The position numbers and the translations under genes were made by a program. A DNA stretch of 64,000 nt from a virus. The DNA lies in IMG/VR virus record IMGVR_UViG_3300042090_002485, positions 64,001-128,000 of that record; one strand, 5' to 3'. The notes beneath the pieces are model-generated. The model did no database searches. It had not been told where the DNA came from and was given only the letters and a program-made list of their open reading frames with translations. Of this stretch, positions 26,207 through 35,086 are shown piece after piece. Each line of letters begins with the position of its first letter. Positions within the stretch are counted from its first letter, which is position 1.

Positions 26207-28447
26207 ATGCAACCGTCGTTCGATCTTCCCATTGTTCAACCCACCACGGTTCGCAAGCGCGACGGCCACACGACACAGCCGTTCGACGTCGGGAAGATCG
26301 AAGCTGCGGTAAGGAAGGCCTGGCTGGAAGTCGAGGGCGCCGCCGACGCCGAGGAAGTCCAACGCGTCGTCACCTTCGTCGCAGCGACGCTCCCCGCGGA
26401 GGTCGCCGACGTCGAGCAGATCCAGGACGCCGTCGAGGTCGCGCTCATGCGCGCTAAGAAGTTCGCGGTCGCGAAGGCCTACATCCTCTACCGGAACATG
26501 CGTTCCGAGGCGCGCGCCGAGCGCCGCCACCCAGACTCGCTCGCGGTATCGGAATACATCCACGCCGGCAAGTACGCGCGCTACATCCAGGAGCTGCAGC
26601 GTCGCGAGGTCTACGACGAGACTGTCGACCGCGTCGAAGGCATGCACCTTCGCCGCTTCGCGCATCTGCCACAGCTCCTGCCGCACATCCGGCGCGCGTA
26701 TGACATCGTGCGCGCCAAGCGCGTCCTGCCGTCGATGCGATCGATGCAGTTCGGCGGTCGCGCCGTCGAAGTCAACCATAACCGACAGTACAACTGCGCC
26801 GCCACACTGATTGACCGGCCACGCGCCTTCGCCGAAGCGATGTTCCTCCTGCTGTCGGGTTGCGGCGTTGGCTACTCCGTCCAGTTCGAACACGTCGAGA
26901 AGCTCCCGCCGATCGCGGACATCGACTACAAGAAGGTCGTCCACCACGTCATCGACGACACGATCGAGGGCTGGGCCATCGCGCTCGACGCTCTGGTCAA
27001 CGGCTTCATCGGCGGCTACCACGTCGAGTTCGCCTACCACCAGATCCGCCGAGCGGGCACGCCGCTCAAGACGTCGGGTGGCCGCGCTCCGGGACATCTG
27101 AAGCTCAAGCTCGCGCTCGAGCGCGTGCGCGGGGTGCTCGAAGGCGCACAGGGCCGCCGGCTGTGGCCAGTCGAGTGTCACCGCATCATGTGCCACACAG
27201 CCGACGCGGTGCTGTCGGGCGGCATCCGCCGCAGCGCGATGATCTGTCTGTTCTCGCTCGAGGACAGCGAGATGATGAATATCAAGTCGTACCGCGGCTG
27301 GGACAAGAAGGAGCCGTGGCTCGTCAACGCCAACAACTCGGTCGTGCTCAAGCGCGACGAGATCAAGGAGAAGCAGTTCAAGCGCATCTTCGGGATGACG
27401 CGGAACTACGGCGAGCCGGGCGTGTTGTTCGTCAACGACTACGACCACGTCACCAACCCGTGCGCCGAGATCGGCCTCGACCCGGTGCTGGTCAACGCCG
27501 ACGGCTCGAGGTCGACGGGCTGGGCGATGTGCAACCTGTGCGAGATCAACGCGGCGAAGCTGACGTCGTTCGACGACTTCGTCGAGGCCGCGTGGGCAGC
27601 GACCCTGATTGGCACGATGCAAGCGACCTACACGGACATGCCGTTCCTGGGCAAGGTCACCGAGGCGATCGTCCGGCGCGACGCGCTGCTCGGCATCGGC
27701 ATGACCGGCATGCAGGACGCCCCGCATATCGCGTGCAACCCCGCCTTCCAGCGCGCGATCGCCGAACGCATCGTCGCGTGGAACCGCGAGTGGGCGGAGT
27801 TGCTCGGCATCAACCCCGCGGCGCGGACAACGTGTGTGAAGCCGTCGGGCACGACGTCGCTCGAGCTGGGCAACGTCGGCTCGGGCATTCACCCGCACCA
27901 CGCCCGGCGCTACATCCGTCGCGTCACCGCCGACGAGTACGAGATCCCATTCCAGGCGTTCAAGCAAATCAACCCGCACATGTGTCAGCAGATGCCGAAT
28001 GGCAAGTGGACCATCGAATTCCCGGTCGAGGCCCCCGACGGCGCGATGCTCAAGGAGGACCTGTCGGCTGAGCAGTTCATGGACGTGGTTCGGTCCACCC
28101 AGGACAGCTGGGTGCTCCCTGGCCGCGCCCGCCCCGACCAGTCGCCGGGCCTGTCGCACAACGTGTCGAACACCATCACGGTTCGCTCGGACGAGTGGGG
28201 CACGGTCGCGGACTACCTGTGGAAGCACCGCGATAGCTTCACGGGCGTTTCGCTGCTGCCGGACACCGGCGATACGATCTACCCGTTCGCGCCGTTCGAG
28301 GCCGTAAAGACGGAGGCACAGGAGCGGCGCTGGAACGAGCTGATCGCGCACTACCGCCCGGTCGACTACTTCTCGATGGTCGAGGCCGAAGACGGTACCA
28401 GTGTGACGGCAGAGCCGGCATGCGCCAGCGGTGCTTGCGCCATCTGA
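26207..28447 (+). CDS. nrdJ: Class II (adenosylcobalamin-dependent) ribonucleotide reductase with ATP-cone
   Basis: VRKRDG ATP-cone, LPSMRSMQFGG, YNCA, GCGVG, GGIRRSA, TNPCAEI (thiyl Cys), CNLCEIN, VKPSGT, C-terminal CASGAC. Confidence 0.93.
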   Translation: MQPSFDLPIVQPTTVRKRDGHTTQPFDVGKIEAAVRKAWLEVEGAADAEEVQRVVTFVAATLPAEVADVEQIQDAVEVALMRAKKFAVAKAYILYRNMRSEARAERRHPDSLAVSEYIHAGKYARYIQELQRREVYDETVDRVEGMHLRRFAHLPQLLPHIRRAYDIVRAKRVLPSMRSMQFGGRAVEVNHNRQYNCAATLIDRPRAFAEAMFLLLSGCGVGYSVQFEHVEKLPPIADIDYKKVVHHVIDDTIEGWAIALDALVNGFIGGYHVEFAYHQIRRAGTPLKTSGGRAPGHLKLKLALERVRGVLEGAQGRRLWPVECHRIMCHTADAVLSGGIRRSAMICLFSLEDSEMMNIKSYRGWDKKEPWLVNANNSVVLKRDEIKEKQFKRIFGMTRNYGEPGVLFVNDYDHVTNPCAEIGLDPVLVNADGSRSTGWAMCNLCEINAAKLTSFDDFVEAAWAATLIGTMQATYTDMPFLGKVTEAIVRRDALLGIGMTGMQDAPHIACNPAFQRAIAERIVAWNREWAELLGINPAARTTCVKPSGTTSLELGNVGSGIHPHHARRYIRRVTADEYEIPFQAFKQINPHMCQQMPNGKWTIEFPVEAPDGAMLKEDLSAEQFMDVVRSTQDSWVLPGRARPDQSPGLSHNVSNTITVRSDEWGTVADYLWKHRDSFTGVSLLPDTGDTIYPFAPFEAVKTEAQERRWNELIAHYRPVDYFSMVEAEDGTSVTAEPACASGACAI

Positions 28448-28471
28448 CGTCGGCACGGTAAACATAGACGC

Positions 28472-28678
28472 ATGCATAACTGCGACAATTGCCAGGTGCC
28501 CTTCGATCCCGACAAGGAGGGCCTGGTTACCCGCGAGCGGGGACGTTTGGCGTCCGGCATCTGCGCCGCCTGCATCAAGGACGTGACGCTCCTCAAGATT
28601 GTCCTACGACGCAAGGATGTCGGCGGGTTTGCGTACGAGCAGTACGCTCCGCTCGAAGTCCGCAAGAAGGCCGGGTGA
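28472..28678 (+). CDS. Small zinc-finger protein (68 aa)
   Basis: CDNC...CAAC. Confidence 0.6.
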   Translation: MHNCDNCQVPFDPDKEGLVTRERGRLASGICAACIKDVTLLKIVLRRKDVGGFAYEQYAPLEVRKKAG

Positions 28679-28965
28679 CGTCTCGCGTCGACCACAAGCT
28701 CGGCCTGACCCCGATGCTGAAGCGGCTGGCGTTCTACTACCTGCAGCGCGGCGTCGGTGAGTACACCGGCGAGCCATTGCCCGCGATCTACACGAAGATC
28801 GTGGTGCGCTCGCTGTACGACTGGAAGACGCCGAGCGACCCGGAGCTGCCGAGCCAAGGCGGCGTCGTCGTCGAGTTCTTCCGCGGTGAGCGGCGCGTGC
28901 GCTGGGTCGAGTTCGGCTGTCGGGTGATCGGCGGCGGCGGCGACCCGATCGTCCGCGAGGTCTAG
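28675..28965 (+). CDS. Hypothetical protein (96 aa)
   Basis: GTGA overlap with the upstream gene. Confidence 0.55.
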   Translation: MTSRVDHKLGLTPMLKRLAFYYLQRGVGEYTGEPLPAIYTKIVVRSLYDWKTPSDPELPSQGGVVVEFFRGERRVRWVEFGCRVIGGGGDPIVREV

Positions 28966-31439
28966 AGTACGTCGTTCGAGAGCAGGTGGTTCCACACCCG
29001 CCGCACGCGGCCAACGTTCATGCTGTACGGGCCGCCCGTCGAGTTGGAGTACGTCTCGAAGAAGGGTTTGACGTCGGGGGTGCTCCACGTGACGCTGGCA
29101 AACGATGCCACGAGTGCGCCGTTGATGTAGCAACGCAGCTCCGCCTGGCCCGATGATAGGGCGGCCACGTTCGCGCCTTCGAACTCGAGCCGAACACGGT
29201 AGGTCGTGTTGGCGGTAACAGCAACGCCCGTGTCAGCGCTGCTGGTCACGCTATCAGCGACACCGAGGTCGAGGTTGGATTCGACCTGGAAGCGCCAGTT
29301 CGTGAGCGTATGGTCCCAGTAGATGCCAAACGCCTGCGCGTCCAACGTGTCATCGGTGACCATCGCGCGAAACACCGCGCCGTGGGCAGAGTCGTCAACG
29401 GCCACCGCTCGCAACATGAACTCGATGACATAGGTCGAGTTGTCGTCGAGCGTTTCGTTGTAGTTGATGGGCCGCACGAATGCGTAGCGGTTGATGCCGG
29501 TGCCAGATGACAGCGCGAGCGAGCGCTGCCGCAAGTTGGAATCGGTCGCTGTGCTGACTGTGATGAAGCCGTTGTTGCCGCCACCTGCGGCACTGACTTG
29601 GAGCGCCCAGCTGAGCGGCATCGAGATGTAGTCGATCTCGATCTGGTAGATGTCGGTCGAACCGCCAACGGAGCCGCTCACCGTCATCTGCAGGTTGAGC
29701 GAGTAGGTCGTGGCGTCGTAATACGCTGGCAGTGCGCCCGCGGACGGGGAAGTACCGAGCGAAAGCACGAAGGGGCTATTGCCGGTGCGGTGGTTGGCGA
29801 CGATCGTCGTCTGCGTGCCGCCGGTGTCGACGTTTTGCAGTGTGGCTGTGAATGTGCTCGTGGCGTCACCGGCCCCCCCGTAAACAGTCACGCCCGTGAT
29901 AAACGAACCATCAGGGATGCCGGCGAGCGCAAGGTCGTACGTTCCACCAGCACTCGGGCTGAAGATGAGCGCGGCGGGCGCTGTGTTCCACGCACCCGTG
30001 GTCCCCGAACCAACAGCGAAGGCCGCAGCCGACGGCGAGATCTTGACAGTGCGCGTCCGCAGCTCAGACCAGTCGTCATTGATCTCGGTGACCTGACCCA
30101 TCCGATAGCCGTTGTGGTCAACGAGCGACCGCGGACGCGTACCGAAGTCACGGTATGTCGCCAGTGGAACGACGTCGCTGTCCGCGAGCGGGCGTGGGTT
30201 ACGCGCAAGCTGCTCGAGCTTGGTGAGCTGCGCCGCGAGCGTGCCTGCGGTCAACCACGACGAGACCGTCGAGCCCTGAACCTTGCCGGTGCCGGTCGAG
30301 CCTGCGAGGTCAGAGACGATCTTGGACAGCTGCAGCTGAACGGTCGTCGCTGGGTTGGTGGTAGCGTCTGCCCAGGCAGGCCCACCTGCGTAGCTCACGC
30401 TCGCCGCGCTGACGGTGCCAAGGTTGACGGCGACGGCGCCGGCGGGCACGGTCACGCCGGTTGCGAACACCAGGTAGCCGTTGACCACCTTGCAGATCGG
30501 GATGGCGTTGACGAGCTTCTCGGGATGGACGCGGCTGTTGAAGAACGTGCCGACGGCAACGGCGGTGTTCGAGTTCTCCGGGATTGCCTGGCGGCGGCCA
30601 CCTGTCGACCCGGTGTCTGACACCATCACGTACTGCAGGCACAGCGCATCGCCCTCGGCCAGGGCCGAGCTGGGGTTGCCAGAGAAGAACGCCGCGAGGT
30701 TCGCCGGCGTGATGGTGTGGCCCTCGCCGTCGTAGTTGCCGGACATGAACTGCTTGGTCTGCGGCGCCAGAAGCAGGTCCGAGCCCGAGGCGCCGACCGC
30801 CAGCGCCGCCGATACGATAGGTGTGGTGTCGCCGACGGGGCCCGCGGGCGTGAGCGCGTTGAGCGCGTTGATCACGGTGGTCAACGTCGTCGAGCCCGTC
30901 GCCACGATGTGGATCGTGCGCTGGTACGTGGTCTCAGCGTCGAGCGTGCAGGAGAACGACGCGCCTGATGCCACATCGATGCTGATCTGGTCACCGTTGG
31001 CGTAGTTGCGGCGCAGCGACGTGACGACGATGCCCGCTGCAGGACCGGTCTTCTGCAGGCCGATCGTACCGAACACCGAGGCGACCGGTGGGATCGGCGG
31101 GGTCTGCGCCGACCCGGGGGTCAGCATCGGCATGAGGTAGAGGTTGTCGCTGATGACGGGGATGCCGCTGGCGGCCACCGTCGTACTGCCGGGCCAGGTG
31201 ATCAGGCCGGGACCCGCGAGGATCAGGTTGCGGTCAGCGTCGCGGAGGTACAGCGAGTCCTTGAAGGTGTTGCGGATCGCTTCGGAGCGCTGCCGGAGGC
31301 TCTGATCGCCGCTGGTGATGTGCGCCGAGTCGAGCGGCTGGCTGTCTTGCAGCGCGTTGATCGACGCGGCGTTGTTCTCGCCGGTGTCGCTGGCGGTGTT
31401 GACCGAGTAGTCGATGAACTGCTGTACGTCGCCAGGCAT
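28962..31439 (-). CDS. Putative tail fibre / receptor-binding protein (about 825 aa)
   Basis: G/T/S/A-rich beta-type sequence at the distal end of the baseplate operon; lectin-like C-terminus; GGAGG before ATG 31439. Confidence 0.6.
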   Translation of the reverse strand: MPGDVQQFIDYSVNTASDTGENNAASINALQDSQPLDSAHITSGDQSLRQRSEAIRNTFKDSLYLRDADRNLILAGPGLITWPGSTTVAASGIPVISDNLYLMPMLTPGSAQTPPIPPVASVFGTIGLQKTGPAAGIVVTSLRRNYANGDQISIDVASGASFSCTLDAETTYQRTIHIVATGSTTLTTVINALNALTPAGPVGDTTPIVSAALAVGASGSDLLLAPQTKQFMSGNYDGEGHTITPANLAAFFSGNPSSALAEGDALCLQYVMVSDTGSTGGRRQAIPENSNTAVAVGTFFNSRVHPEKLVNAIPICKVVNGYLVFATGVTVPAGAVAVNLGTVSAASVSYAGGPAWADATTNPATTVQLQLSKIVSDLAGSTGTGKVQGSTVSSWLTAGTLAAQLTKLEQLARNPRPLADSDVVPLATYRDFGTRPRSLVDHNGYRMGQVTEINDDWSELRTRTVKISPSAAAFAVGSGTTGAWNTAPAALIFSPSAGGTYDLALAGIPDGSFITGVTVYGGAGDATSTFTATLQNVDTGGTQTTIVANHRTGNSPFVLSLGTSPSAGALPAYYDATTYSLNLQMTVSGSVGGSTDIYQIEIDYISMPLSWALQVSAAGGGNNGFITVSTATDSNLRQRSLALSSGTGINRYAFVRPINYNETLDDNSTYVIEFMLRAVAVDDSAHGAVFRAMVTDDTLDAQAFGIYWDHTLTNWRFQVESNLDLGVADSVTSSADTGVAVTANTTYRVRLEFEGANVAALSSGQAELRCYINGALVASFASVTWSTPDVKPFFETYSNSTGGPYSMNVGRVRRVWNHLLSNDVL

Positions 31440-31562
31440 GGGGCCTCCGTTACGAGATGCGGTTGCGGTGGTCAACGAGGCGCGTCAACCACGCCAAGTA
31501 GTCAGACATCGACATGGTCAATCGACCATATTCAGGTTTCATTTGTGCAATCCGTCCCATTG

Positions 31563-32108
31563 TTAGGGCGTCGCCGTGAAACTGATGGTCCAACTATAAT
31601 CTATGACAATTGCTGAGCTTTTCGCAATGCCGGGGTAGACCTGGTGCGCGAACAAGCGAGTGGTGCCTGGCGTGGTGCCTGGCGTGTCGCTGGTCGAGAA
31701 CGCGGTGCCGCCTGTGAACAGCCCCGCCTCGGTCAGCGTGTGGCCGTTGGCATCGCCAGATTCGAGCGTCGCGATGAAGCTGATCTCGCCCTGGGCGATG
31801 GTGACCTTGCCGACGTCGCCGAGCGCGACGCCGAACACGAACGCGCCGAGGTTGATGTCCGAGCGCGACGGCTGGTTGGTCGACGTACCCATGCGCATCG
31901 AGTAGATCGCGTCGCCGAGTGCGGTCGGGTCGGTCGCACGCTGCGCGATCAGCTCGACCAGGACGTCAGCGGCGAGGAAGGTGATCTTGTTGCGGATCGC
32001 CTGGCGACGGATCGGCTTGCGTGTTCGGGCGTCGCGCACCACCATCTCGATGGTTCCGCGCATCGGGATTCCCATCGCGCGCTGCTGCTGTACTCGCTTC
32101 TGGCGCAT
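31563..32108 (-). CDS. Tail-collar/baseplate fibre-attachment-like protein
   Basis: MRMGTS...ANGHTLTEAGLF...LFAHQVYPGIAKSS..IDYSWTISF pattern typical of tail-collar proteins. Confidence 0.6.
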   Translation of the reverse strand: MRQKRVQQQRAMGIPMRGTIEMVVRDARTRKPIRRQAIRNKITFLAADVLVELIAQRATDPTALGDAIYSMRMGTSTNQPSRSDINLGAFVFGVALGDVGKVTIAQGEISFIATLESGDANGHTLTEAGLFTGGTAFSTSDTPGTTPGTTRLFAHQVYPGIAKSSAIVIDYSWTISFTATP

Positions 32109-32126
32109 GTTCCGGGCCTCCGAATT

Positions 32127-34526
32127 CTAGGTCACGACGAGGATGAGCGGGCTCTCCACCATGCCGATGTCTCGCGGCGCGGTCACCCCCTCTATAGTAC
32201 CGTCCCACCCCGTGGCGGAAGGGTCGAAGGCCGCTGTTGTCATGGCCGGATCGATCCCACCCGTCTGCAGCGCCATGTCGCCGACCGTAGGGTCGACCGA
32301 GCTGGTGGAGATGTTGCCGATGTTGAGCTGGCGGAACGTGACGTTGACGGTGGTTGCGGTCCAGGCCGTCAGCCGGGTAACCGTGCAGTTGACGTAGTCC
32401 ACAGAGTAGTCGACGTTCTCGACCAGCGCCAAGCCGCCGATCGACCCGGCGGACATGTCAACCTTGACCAATCGACGCCGGTGGGGCGCCGATGGAGCGT
32501 CGGGCAGCGTCACGGGCACGCTGGGCGTCGGGAACGCCGTGGATGCCGTGAAGACCTCGTAGTGGAAGAAGTCCCCCGAGATCCAGCCGTTCACCCCGGA
32601 CGTCGGTGGGTCGTCGGTGAAGATCACCTCGTCGGGGCCGTAGACCCGCGAGCCCACCAGTCGGTCAAACGAGATGTCGACCTCGTCGACCTCGACATCG
32701 TCCGAGAGGTAGGTGCCGGGCACGGTGAACGCGAAGGTGTGCGCGGGCTTGGCCGACTGGACCAGCGTGTTCAGGTTGTCGAGGCTCTGCGCGAATGCAG
32801 CGGCCGACGACGCGATGGCGGACAGCGCGATCGCGTCGAACGACACGGAGAACGTGTGGAACTTGAGGTACTGGTCCATCAGGACGAACGCGAGGCGGTG
32901 ACGCAGGATGGGCAGCGTGACGCCGTCCTCGACGCGCGGGGTCGGGATGAAGCCGTTCTCGTCGGCGCCGCAGAACAGGCCGGGGTCACCGCACAGAGCG
33001 CCGTCGTCTGGGTTGCAGACGTGAGCCACGAACACCGAGCTGGCGGTGCGCCGGCTGATCGGAGGCGGCGTGCCACCGAACAGCTGCTTGGGGATGACTT
33101 GCCCGTACCACCAGTTGGGCGTCTGGACGTAGTCCGTCACCGTGACCGCCGTGGTCAGCACCTCGAACGCCATCAAGGTTGTGCCCTGCGTTAGGTCCGT
33201 GCGCAGCGGCGTGTTCGGCGGGAAGTCGTACGTGATGGTCTGGCCCGACGATGGCGACGTCGTGAAGATGCGCCACACCGTCGGGTCGCTGGTGTCCGTC
33301 GACTGGTAGATCTCGCCGTCGCCGTGCACGACCGGCAGGTTCATGACGACGTTGAGCGCGCTCTCGATGCGGTCGAGCACGGGCCCGAGGATGTAGAGCT
33401 GGAAAATGCCCTGCAGGAACGCGCGGTACGCTTCCGAGCTGGGCTGGACGAAGCCGATCAGCGAGCCGAAGTTGTTCGCCAGCGTCATCTTGTCGACGAG
33501 CGCGTCCGGGGCCCACGCGGCGATCTCCAGGGCGGTCGTCGTGGTTGCCTGCGCCTGGATGACGCCGGTCGAGACGAGCCGCGGCGAGCTGCCCGACGTT
33601 GGGTAGACCTCTTCTTGCCACGTGTAGCTCATCCCGTAGGGCCCCGGCAGGTACAGCCACGTCGTGAGCACGTAGATGATGCCGGCTTCGTAGTTGACCT
33701 CGTAGTCCACCCCCTCGACAACGTTCGCGCCCGTCGGTCCCGAGGCGAAGATCGTCAACGAGCCCTGGTCGATGCGCGTGTGGGCGAGCTGGATCTGGCC
33801 GCCAACGACGGCATCCGATTCTGAGATCACCTGAGCGTTCGCAGGCACGCGCAAGATGACGTAGTCCACGCCCGACGCGAGCGCGGGCAGCGCATTGGTA
33901 GCGGTCACGAACAGCGCCGGGGTCCGCACCAATGCGATCGGGTAGTCGCCGAGCTTGCGCTGCGCGCCGTTGGTGCCAACGGCGAGCAGTCGAATGGTGT
34001 CACCCTTCTCGACGGGGGTCGTTGTCCAGTCGGTGACGCCAGCGTCGGTAAACTGGCCACCAACCGCGACGTCGACGGTCCGGCGCGCGAAGCCATCGAG
34101 CGGTACGCCGTTGCCGGTGGGGTCGGTCGGGTCGGCGTGGAACAGCACCACGCCGGAGGCAACCTCGTAGTCGAGGTTGGGCTCGAGCGACGCGGTTGGC
34201 TCGACCACTTGGTTGTCGATCGATGCGAACGAGACGACGGGGCTCGGCAGCGTGAACGCCCAGCGATTCGCAGGGGACGTCGTACCCTCGATGAAGCTGA
34301 TCTCGTCCTCGCGGATCGTCAGCATCTGGAACAGCTCGCGGTCGAGCGCGACGCAGTCCTGCAGCGACACGCCGAGCATCGCGGAGAGGTAGTCGAGGTA
34401 GGCCTGGCCGATGAGGATGGCCGTGCCCTCGTAGAGCGAGCCGAGCTGGTCGGCATCGGCGAAGAAGCGATTCCAGAAATCGCTAAGGCCACTTATCAGA
34501 TTATAAGAATATCCAACGGCGGGCAT
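32127..34526 (-). CDS. Putative baseplate wedge structural protein (799 aa)
   Basis: Downstream of baseplate J; YEVNY/GVDY repeats; C-terminal KPAHT motif typical of wedge proteins. Confidence 0.6.
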   Translation of the reverse strand: MPAVGYSYNLISGLSDFWNRFFADADQLGSLYEGTAILIGQAYLDYLSAMLGVSLQDCVALDRELFQMLTIREDEISFIEGTTSPANRWAFTLPSPVVSFASIDNQVVEPTASLEPNLDYEVASGVVLFHADPTDPTGNGVPLDGFARRTVDVAVGGQFTDAGVTDWTTTPVEKGDTIRLLAVGTNGAQRKLGDYPIALVRTPALFVTATNALPALASGVDYVILRVPANAQVISESDAVVGGQIQLAHTRIDQGSLTIFASGPTGANVVEGVDYEVNYEAGIIYVLTTWLYLPGPYGMSYTWQEEVYPTSGSSPRLVSTGVIQAQATTTTALEIAAWAPDALVDKMTLANNFGSLIGFVQPSSEAYRAFLQGIFQLYILGPVLDRIESALNVVMNLPVVHGDGEIYQSTDTSDPTVWRIFTTSPSSGQTITYDFPPNTPLRTDLTQGTTLMAFEVLTTAVTVTDYVQTPNWWYGQVIPKQLFGGTPPPISRRTASSVFVAHVCNPDDGALCGDPGLFCGADENGFIPTPRVEDGVTLPILRHRLAFVLMDQYLKFHTFSVSFDAIALSAIASSAAAFAQSLDNLNTLVQSAKPAHTFAFTVPGTYLSDDVEVDEVDISFDRLVGSRVYGPDEVIFTDDPPTSGVNGWISGDFFHYEVFTASTAFPTPSVPVTLPDAPSAPHRRRLVKVDMSAGSIGGLALVENVDYSVDYVNCTVTRLTAWTATTVNVTFRQLNIGNISTSSVDPTVGDMALQTGGIDPAMTTAAFDPSATGWDGTIEGVTAPRDIGMVESPLILVVT

Positions 34527-35086
34527 TAGTGCTCCTGCGTGTGGTTATACACACGTCGAACCCACTCGATGAACACGTCGATAGTCATGTCCCGCTTCGC
34601 ACAGTTGCAGGTACGACAGCACGCGACGACGTTGACTGCAGTGTATCCACGGTTATTGTCGACCCGATCAATACCATTGTATTTGAACGGAATTGCGTGT
34701 TTGAACCTCAAATTAAGACTATTGGAAAAGGATGTGCCGCAGTAGTTACAGGGGGCCTTAAATAAGGTAATGCAGGTCTCCAGCGAGAGGCGCCAGGCTA
34801 GATTGCGTAGACGGGCCTCGCGCCGGTATGTCGCAATCACCGCGTTAATGGCGCAGCGTTGTGGATCATCGTATCGACGTCCTTGCATGCTCCCGCAGCT
34901 CTTGGTCTTTCCGTTGCGGAGATGTGCGCCCAAAACTTCAACCGTTTTCTCGCAACGGGGACTTGAACAGCGACATGCGCAAATCCAATACAAACCACCT
35001 CCAGAACTGCGACGTTGCGTGTGGCGCAACACGGTCAAGAATCCGTAAACATTTCCGCTTTCGTCAATCGCACGGAGGTCTAGCAT
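34526..35086 (-). CDS. Free-standing HNH homing endonuclease (186 aa)
   Basis: YGFLTVL..WIC.C.C..G.TKSCG N-terminus; CNYCG...GIDRVDNNRGY...NVVACC..CN.AK; 34681-34740 is 40% GC; ATGA and TAATG overlaps. Confidence 0.88.
   Translation of the reverse strand: MLDLRAIDESGNVYGFLTVLRHTQRRSSGGGLYWICACRCSSPRCEKTVEVLGAHLRNGKTKSCGSMQGRRYDDPQRCAINAVIATYRREARLRNLAWRLSLETCITLFKAPCNYCGTSFSNSLNLRFKHAIPFKYNGIDRVDNNRGYTAVNVVACCRTCNCAKRDMTIDVFIEWVRRVYNHTQEH

Noticed and set aside
5135-28477. Long antisense ORFs in the track (5135-7129, 10559-12040, 12065-13675, 15979-17703, 17774-19099, 18997-20778, 26168-28477)
   Set aside because: Shadow frames of well-supported genes caused by high GC3; Arg/Ala/Gly-rich with no motifs.
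31660-31686. 12-bp tandem repeat in the tail-collar gene
   Set aside because: Encodes a TPGTTPGT linker; a trivial in-frame duplication.
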